A stretch of 64,000 bases of DNA from Thermoanaerobaculia bacterium. GTDB lineage: Bacteria; Acidobacteriota; Thermoanaerobaculia; UBA5066. The stretch lies in assembly GCA_963719225.1 (NCBI GenBank), contig CAVRAY010000001.1, forward strand, positions 2,080,001-2,144,000. Direction: 5' to 3'. A model generated the notes under the pieces. That model ran no database searches. It had not been told where the DNA came from and saw only the letters and a list, made by a program, of their open reading frames with translations. Below, piece after piece: positions 58,312 through 64,000 of this stretch; the stretch's first letter is position 1; every line of letters starts with the position of its first letter. The position numbers and the translations under genes were made by a program.

Positions 58312-58331
58312 GCAGGTCAAGGAGGAAGGTC

Positions 58332-59300
58332 ATGGTCGAGCTTCTGGCGCCGGCAGGCAATCTCCCGATGGTCGAAGGAGCCGTCGCGAACGGCGCCAAC
58401 GCCATTTACGTGGGTCCGCGCGGCTGGAGCCGGCGGCGCGACAAATACGAGATGTCCGACGAGGACGTCCGCGCCGCCATCGGCATCGCCCACGCGGGCG
58501 GCGCCAAGCTGCGCGTGGCCTTCAACACGAACATGCAGTCCCACGAGATCGCCCCCATGCTGGAGAAGATGGAGCGTTTCGTGTCCTGGCGCGTGGACGG
58601 AGCGATCATGACCGACATCGGCGCCATCGCCGAGGTCCACCGGAAGTTTCCGCACCTCACGATCCACGCCTCGATCGGAGCGAACATCCTCAACAACGAG
58701 GACGTGAGGTTCTACCGGTCGATCGGCGTTTCCCAGGTGGTCGCCGACACGAAACTGACTCTCCGGGAGCTCGCCTCGCGAAAGGAGAAGATCGACGTCG
58801 GGATCGAAATCCTGATCCACGCGAACAAGTGCTACACGTACCTCGGGAAATGCTGGATGTCTCCCTATCACCGCCTCGAACGCACGACGGACACCTTCGG
58901 GAAGGACCTCTTCAAGGGAAGCCCGAACCGCGGCGGTCTCGATTACCGGGTCTGCCTGGAGTCGTGGGAGCTCTATTCCGGCGACGAGAAATGGGAGGAC
59001 AGCGTGGCGCTGAAGAACGACGCGTTCTTCCTCCTGGAAGACATCCCGCATCTGATCAAGCTCGGCGTCGAGTGCCTGAAGGTGCAGGGACGCGAATACC
59101 CCGTGCCGCTCGTCGAAGGGATGGTGCGCTTCTACAGAGATCTGATCGACGCGTGCCTCGCTTCGGATTCGATCGAAACCTTCGACCTCGCGCCCTGGCG
59201 GACCCGGCTCGCCTCCATCCAGCTGGAGAGGGACACGGCCCGGTCCGACGGAACCCGGCAGCTGCTTCTCGAAGCGCGCCTGCCCCTGCCCGCGCTCTGA
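58332..59300 (+). CDS. Peptidase U32 family protein 3 (UbiU-like)
   Basis: ELLAPAGN, GANAIYVG, HAS, CYTYLGKC, SPNRGG..C, LKVQGR; AGGAGG SD. Confidence 0.9.
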   Translation: MVELLAPAGNLPMVEGAVANGANAIYVGPRGWSRRRDKYEMSDEDVRAAIGIAHAGGAKLRVAFNTNMQSHEIAPMLEKMERFVSWRVDGAIMTDIGAIAEVHRKFPHLTIHASIGANILNNEDVRFYRSIGVSQVVADTKLTLRELASRKEKIDVGIEILIHANKCYTYLGKCWMSPYHRLERTTDTFGKDLFKGSPNRGGLDYRVCLESWELYSGDEKWEDSVALKNDAFFLLEDIPHLIKLGVECLKVQGREYPVPLVEGMVRFYRDLIDACLASDSIETFDLAPWRTRLASIQLERDTARSDGTRQLLLEARLPLPAL

Positions 59301-59385
59301 GCACCGGCGCGGTCCGACCGTGAAGGTCCCGCGCTCCCTCGCGGTCGCGTCTTTCGTGGCGTCGGGAGCGGCCCGCCGCTCGCCT

Positions 59386-60525
59386 CTACTTCTGGAACCA
59401 GTATTGACGCGTCAAGTCCAGGAGTCGCTCGGCCACCTGCCGGTTGCGATGCGAGATCTCGTAACGGTTCGGAATGTCGGCATGGGACGGATCCGGATCG
59501 TGGAGAGTGCGCGGGAGCTCGTCCTGAGAAATGTGGCTCCACCTCCCGCGCCAGGCCTCCGGAAGGTCCCGCGCCACGGGCAGTTCGTGCAGCACGAGAT
59601 GAAGAATGGCCCACACGCGCGGCGTCGCGCGGACGGAGTACCCGCCTCCCAGCGTGAACAGGACCCGGCCCTCGGTGAACTCGTCCGCCCAGCCCAGGAT
59701 TCGCCGGAAGATGGCCTCGTAGTCGCGGGTCGTCAGCATGAGATCCGAGAGCGGATCGTCGAAATGCGCGTCCGCGCCGGCCTGGACCACGAGGACGTCG
59801 GGGCGAAAGTGCCGCAGGGCAGGCGGGATCACCTGCTCAAAAACCTCCAGGTAGCTTCCGCCTTCGGTGAACGGCTCCAGCGGCAGGTTGAGCTTCAGGC
59901 CCCGGCCCGCTCCCGAGCCGAGCTCGCGGATCTCTCCGGTTCCCGGGAACAGGTACTTGCCCGATTCGTGAAGGCTCACGGTCAGGACGCGCGGATCTTC
60001 GTAGAGGATCTCCTGGACGCCGTCGGCGTGATGGACGTCGACGTCGAGATAGGCGACTTTCAGCCCGCTTCGGGTGAGAAAGGTGATCGCGATCGCGAGA
60101 TCGTTGTAGATGCAGAAGCCCGAGGCGAACCTGCGGCGAGCGTGATGAAGGCCTCCGCCGAGCTGGAGGACGCGCTTCTCCCTCCCCTCCGAGAGCAGCC
60201 GCGCGCCGTGCAACGTACCTCCGACGAGCCACCGGGCCGCCTCGTCCATTCCAAGGAACGAGGGAGTGTCCTGCGTTCCGAGACCGTACTCCTGACCGTC
60301 GGGAACCGGTGCACCCGCGCTCAGGCTTTCCACCCGATCGACGTAAGCGGCCTCGTGCACGCCGAGGAGGTCCTCCCGCGTCGCCGGCTTCGGTTCGACC
60401 GTCTCGACGCGGTGTCCGAGCGCGCTGACGAGGTCGAGCATCATGTCGGTGCGGATCGGGCTGAAGGGATGCTCGTCGCCGAAGGAGTACTTCCGGTATG
60501 CCGAAGCGTAGATCACCGAGGGCAC
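59386..60525 (-). CDS. acuC: AcuC-type Zn-dependent deacetylase (HDAC family)
   Basis: HPFSPIR, GGGLHHA, SGFCIYND, DVDVHHADG, HESG.YLFPGTG, QAGADAH, GGGY; downstream of acuB-like genes. Confidence 0.9.
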   Translation of the reverse strand: MPSVIYASAYRKYSFGDEHPFSPIRTDMMLDLVSALGHRVETVEPKPATREDLLGVHEAAYVDRVESLSAGAPVPDGQEYGLGTQDTPSFLGMDEAARWLVGGTLHGARLLSEGREKRVLQLGGGLHHARRRFASGFCIYNDLAIAITFLTRSGLKVAYLDVDVHHADGVQEILYEDPRVLTVSLHESGKYLFPGTGEIRELGSGAGRGLKLNLPLEPFTEGGSYLEVFEQVIPPALRHFRPDVLVVQAGADAHFDDPLSDLMLTTRDYEAIFRRILGWADEFTEGRVLFTLGGGYSVRATPRVWAILHLVLHELPVARDLPEAWRGRWSHISQDELPRTLHDPDPSHADIPNRYEISHRNRQVAERLLDLTRQYWFQK

Positions 60526-61142
60526 GGCTTCTCCGGCGGCCAGAGGACCTCGAAACCGGCACGGCGCAGTTCTTCGGCGAGCAGCCTCGTCTCGATCGAG
60601 CCGACACGCAGGACGGTTCGGACCGAATCGGGCCCGTCGGGATAGGTCAGGATCGAATGGACGTTCAGGTGCCGGTGGCTGACGAAGGCCGTGAGCCGCG
60701 CGAGCTCGCCGGGATGGTCGGGAAGCCGCACTTCCAGGCGGCCGGAGGGCTTGTGCACACCCGTGAGGCGCATCAGCGCGTCCAGGAGATCGAGTCCCGT
60801 GACGATCCCGATCAGCTTCCCGTCCTCCAGCACCGGCAGGCACCCGATCTTCCTCTCCCGCATCGTGCGCGCCGCGTCCTCGACGGGATCCGAGGGGTCG
60901 GCGGTCAGCGGTGCCGTCGACATGACCGCCGAGACGCGGCTGTCGGGTGAGAACGGCGACGGGACGAGCGCGCTCGTCGCGAGCCTCAGGTCGCGATCCG
61001 TGACCACCCCGACGAGGTTCTCACTCTCGACGACCGGCAGGTGCCGGATGCCTCTTTCGCGCATGGTCCGGTAGGCGTCCTGGAGCGTCGTGCTGGCCGG
61101 AATGGAAACGGCCGGGCTCCGCATGATGTCTCGAATCAACAT
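60513..61142 (-). CDS. acuB: CBS + ACT domain protein (AcuB-like)
   Basis: IRHLPVV..VGVVTDRDLR, IGCLPV, DHPGELA ACT motif. Confidence 0.85.
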   Translation of the reverse strand: MLIRDIMRSPAVSIPASTTLQDAYRTMRERGIRHLPVVESENLVGVVTDRDLRLATSALVPSPFSPDSRVSAVMSTAPLTADPSDPVEDAARTMRERKIGCLPVLEDGKLIGIVTGLDLLDALMRLTGVHKPSGRLEVRLPDHPGELARLTAFVSHRHLNVHSILTYPDGPDSVRTVLRVGSIETRLLAEELRRAGFEVLWPPEKPCPR

Positions 61143-61174
61143 GACCCACCTCGAAATTCACGATTCCTCGAACG

Positions 61175-61810
61175 TCATTCCAGAAAATCAGAGAGGTCCG
61201 GGACGATGAAGCCCGCGTCCTTGAGAGACTTTTTCACCGCCGCGACGTCGATCGTCGAAAGCCGGACGAAGGCCACGAATCCCTCCCCCATGGGCGACAG
61301 GATCAGGCTCCGGATCTCGCTCTTCAGCTCCCCGAGCTTGCGCACGAGGTGCATGAGCGAGGCGACCTCACGGGGGAGCAGCACTTCGATTCTCACACCC
61401 GGTTCCTCGATCCTGAGGGTCTCGCAGAACGCCGCCAGGACGTCCGCCTTCGTGATGATCCCCACCAGCTTCTTCCCCTCCACGACCGGCAGGGCGCCGA
61501 GCCTCCGCTTGTGAAAGATCAGGAGAGCGTCCTCCACGGTATCCCAGGGACTGACCGTGATGACGTCGCGCGTCATGACCTCCTCCACGGTCTTGTTCTT
61601 CACGAGGATCTTGCCGAGCTGCGTAACGGTCGACGTCTCGAACGTCGAATTGCGTATGTCGGTACCCGAGACGAAGCCGACGAGCTCTCCACGCTCGACG
61701 ACGGGAAGCTGATGAATGCGGTTCTCGTGCAGGAGATTGCTCGCGAACTTCAATGTGTCTCCCCGCGAGACCGTGATCACGTTTCGTGTCATCCTTTTTC
61801 CAACGAACAT
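61175..61810 (-). CDS. Second CBS-pair protein with degenerate ACT-like tail (AcuB-like)
   Basis: MTRNVITV, IHQLPVV, VEEVMTRDV, LGALPVV..GIITKAD, PGVRIEV. Confidence 0.85.
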   Translation of the reverse strand: MFVGKRMTRNVITVSRGDTLKFASNLLHENRIHQLPVVERGELVGFVSGTDIRNSTFETSTVTQLGKILVKNKTVEEVMTRDVITVSPWDTVEDALLIFHKRRLGALPVVEGKKLVGIITKADVLAAFCETLRIEEPGVRIEVLLPREVASLMHLVRKLGELKSEIRSLILSPMGEGFVAFVRLSTIDVAAVKKSLKDAGFIVPDLSDFLE

Positions 61811-63681
61811 TCGCGACTCCTTCCCTGAAGCGTCTCCAGGTGGACGAGGGCCGACGAGGCAAGGGCGGGGCCGTCGTATCCCCCTTCCAGGACCGACACG
61901 ATCCGGCCCCCGCAATATCGATCCGCAAGCTCGCAGACTCTGCGCGTCATGTAGGCAAACGACCTCTCCGTGAGATCGAGGTCGGCGATCGGGTCCCTTT
62001 CGTGCGCGTCGAAGCCCGCGGAGACCATGATGAGGCCGGGCTCGAACCGCTCGATTTCCGGGACCACTTCCCTCTCGAAGATCTCCATCAGTTCCCCGTC
62101 CTTCGTGTGCGGCTTCAGCGGCAGGTTCAGGGTCAGCCCGGCGCCCGCCCCCGTCCCTCGCTCCATCCTCCGGCCCGTACCCGGAAAGCAGAACGTCGGG
62201 TGTTCGTGGAGGCTGCAGTAGTACGTCAGAGGGTCCCCTTCGAAAATCTCCTGCGTCCCGTTGCCGTGATGGACGTCCCAGTCCAGGATGAAGATCTTCT
62301 GCACGCCGTAGACCGCCCTCGCGTAGACCGCTCCCACCGCGACGTTGTTGATGAAACAGAACCCCATCGCGGAATCCCTTCCCGCGTGATGTCCGGGGGG
62401 CCTCACCGCGCAGAAGACGTTGTCGACCCTTCCGTTCAGGACGGCGTCGATCCCCGCCATGACTCCGCCGGCCGCCAGCAGCGCGACGTCGAAGCTGGCC
62501 GCGGAAATCGAGCAGTCGGCTGTGGAGAAGATCTTCTCGCCCTTCCGGACGCTTTCGCGAAATCTCGACAGGTACTCCGTCCGATGGATCCCTTCGAGAA
62601 ACTCGAGGTCGGGAACGTAGGGCGAAAGCGTCACGAGGCTCCTCTTCAGCCCTTCCTTCTCGATCGCCTTTGTGAGCGTGCGGAGCCGCGCGGGACTCTC
62701 GACGTGGCCGCTGCGCGTCCGATGCGAAAGGTAGTCACGCGACGTCACGTAACCCGTTCTCCGCGGGGTATTCGTGTAGATCGTCTTGTATCCCTCCCAG
62801 GGCGCAGAGCACAGGAGAAACGCCTTTCCGAGGGGCAGGGAGACCTCCTCGCCGAAACGGACGTCGGCTTTCGACGAATAGTTGCCCTCCGCGTCGCGGT
62901 AGACGGGAATCCGGAGCTCTCTCCGGAAACGGGCGAAATCATAGGCGTGGTTCAGGCGTCCGATCTCGACTTCGCGGACGGAAAGGCCCCGTTTCTCCAC
63001 GAGCGCCCTCAGCTCCGCTTTGCGCTTGCCGGCCTCGGACGCGTCCGAAAAATCGAAACCCTCCTGCGCCCAGTAATACCTCCCGACCGACAGGGCGGCG
63101 CTGAGCCGGAACTGGTGGAAGCCAAGATCGTGAAACAGCCGCTCGTAATGACGGAAGAGAGCCGACGCGTATCCCGACTTCTGGGCGGTCAGGTGAATGT
63201 GCTCGATGTAGACGACTCGCAGCCGTTCGCGCGAGAAGAAACCTCGTAACCCGATCGCCGGGTCCCGAAGCGATGCGAAGCTGAGCGTGAGCTCGCCGAC
63301 GCTCTCCGCTCCATGAAAGATCTCCGTGTCGTAGATGATCCGGTCCCTGCTGAAGAGGAGGAGCCTCTCGCGATGCTCGAACTCGTGGATCCTGGCAGAG
63401 AGCGCGTCCCACAGGCCGCGCGGCGAGATCGCGTTCTCGAAGAGGCGCGCCCACCGCCTGAGCAGCGCCGCCCGGGAAGGGACCTTCCGGATGAGGAATC
63501 GGCTTCCCTTTCCTTTTTTCTTGACGACCGCGGGATCGAACTCGCCGCCGTCCATGATCGCGGGGTCGCGGTCGGCGCCCAGGAGCGCCCCCTCCCGGAT
63601 CAGCTCCTCGAAGTCCTGGAGAATCTCCTGCTTCGTCACACGAACGGGCCGCGTCTCCGCACCCTTCTGGTCGCTGATCAC
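61789..63681 (-). CDS. Histone-deacetylase-family protein with a ~300 aa N-terminal extension containing a GNAT-like domain
   Basis: C-half: HVESPARL, RPPGHHA, GFCFINN, DWDVHHGNGTQ, SAGFDAH, EGGY. N-half: YIEHIHL.AQKSGYASAL and GRYYWAQEGF. Confidence 0.85.
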   Translation of the reverse strand: MISDQKGAETRPVRVTKQEILQDFEELIREGALLGADRDPAIMDGGEFDPAVVKKKGKGSRFLIRKVPSRAALLRRWARLFENAISPRGLWDALSARIHEFEHRERLLLFSRDRIIYDTEIFHGAESVGELTLSFASLRDPAIGLRGFFSRERLRVVYIEHIHLTAQKSGYASALFRHYERLFHDLGFHQFRLSAALSVGRYYWAQEGFDFSDASEAGKRKAELRALVEKRGLSVREVEIGRLNHAYDFARFRRELRIPVYRDAEGNYSSKADVRFGEEVSLPLGKAFLLCSAPWEGYKTIYTNTPRRTGYVTSRDYLSHRTRSGHVESPARLRTLTKAIEKEGLKRSLVTLSPYVPDLEFLEGIHRTEYLSRFRESVRKGEKIFSTADCSISAASFDVALLAAGGVMAGIDAVLNGRVDNVFCAVRPPGHHAGRDSAMGFCFINNVAVGAVYARAVYGVQKIFILDWDVHHGNGTQEIFEGDPLTYYCSLHEHPTFCFPGTGRRMERGTGAGAGLTLNLPLKPHTKDGELMEIFEREVVPEIERFEPGLIMVSAGFDAHERDPIADLDLTERSFAYMTRRVCELADRYCGGRIVSVLEGGYDGPALASSALVHLETLQGRSRECSLEKG

Positions 63682-63753
63682 CGGGAGACGAGTCTAGCCG
63701 CTGGCGGCATCCCCACGGGATAGACTTCCCCGGTTACGATCTCGAGGAGCGAC

Positions 63754-64000
63754 ATGAGTGACTCCCTGCAGGCTCTTTTTCGCCCGAATGGTCTGGCCGT
63801 CATCGGCGCCTCCGCGAAGCCCGGCAAGCTCGGCTTCACGATTTTCAAGAACATCCTCGACGCGGGATTCGGCGGCCCGGTCATTCCCGTGAACCCGAAG
63901 GGCGAGACGATTCTCGGAGTCCCGTCCGTCAAGTCGGTGGAGGACGTCCCTTCCGGCACCGACCTGGCGGTCGTCATCGTTCCGGCCGCATCCGTCCCCG
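63754..64000 (+). CDS. Acetate--CoA ligase (ADP-forming) family protein, CoA-binding N-terminus; runs off the right edge
   Basis: Hand translation: MSDSLQALFRPNGLAVIGASAKPGKLG...PVNPKGETILG...DLAVVIVPA; GAGGAG SD. Confidence 0.85.
   Translation, partial: MSDSLQALFRPNGLAVIGASAKPGKLGFTIFKNILDAGFGGPVIPVNPKGETILGVPSVKSVEDVPSGTDLAVVIVPAASVP

Noticed and set aside
56373-59300. Calling the U32 genes ubiU/ubiV or collagenases
   Set aside because: Three paralogues with altered Cys sets and no ubiT or ubi context; the protease label for U32 is generally unsupported, so symbols were withheld.
62070-62252. GAGATCTTCGAGAGGG and GAGATTTTCGAAGGGG (minus strand) resembling the motif core
   Set aside because: Shorter core, no purine tail, and explained by E-I-F-E codons; this also shows some weak copies elsewhere may be chance.

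Overview
GC-rich, densely coding bacterial DNA from a diderm (Tol-Pal, LptE, lspA/lgt). The gene content suggests Acidobacteriota, possibly Thermoanaerobaculia-like; this is inference. About 1-43 kb is mostly core: S53 protease, uvrC, pabB/pabC-like, coaD, a peptide ABC system with an S55 protease, tolQRAB-pal-cpoB, rpsT, lptE-leuS, nusB-ribH, mtnP, ileS-lspA-lgt-rluD and ALDHs. About 43-64 kb looks accessory: two VapBC modules, a Ser/Thr kinase, a Pat-type acetyltransferase, a MarR gene divergent from three U32-family genes, and an expanded acuABC-like locus with a probable GNAT-deacetylase fusion. The most unusual signal is not a gene. A degenerate motif (purine tract-GAAGATTTCTTNGAAAGGG-purine tract) occurs roughly 15-20 times between 10.7 and 38.4 kb on both strands, often as convergent pairs. 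It lies inside essential genes (leuS, ileS, rluD, pabB, mtnP, lptE, tolB), where it coincides with K/E/R- or S/F-rich peptides and A/T-ending codons. Many genes also carry a TANNNT -10 box only 5-10 nt before the start codon. No rRNA, tRNA, CRISPR array or transposase was recognised. All calls come from motif recognition by eye; no searches were run.
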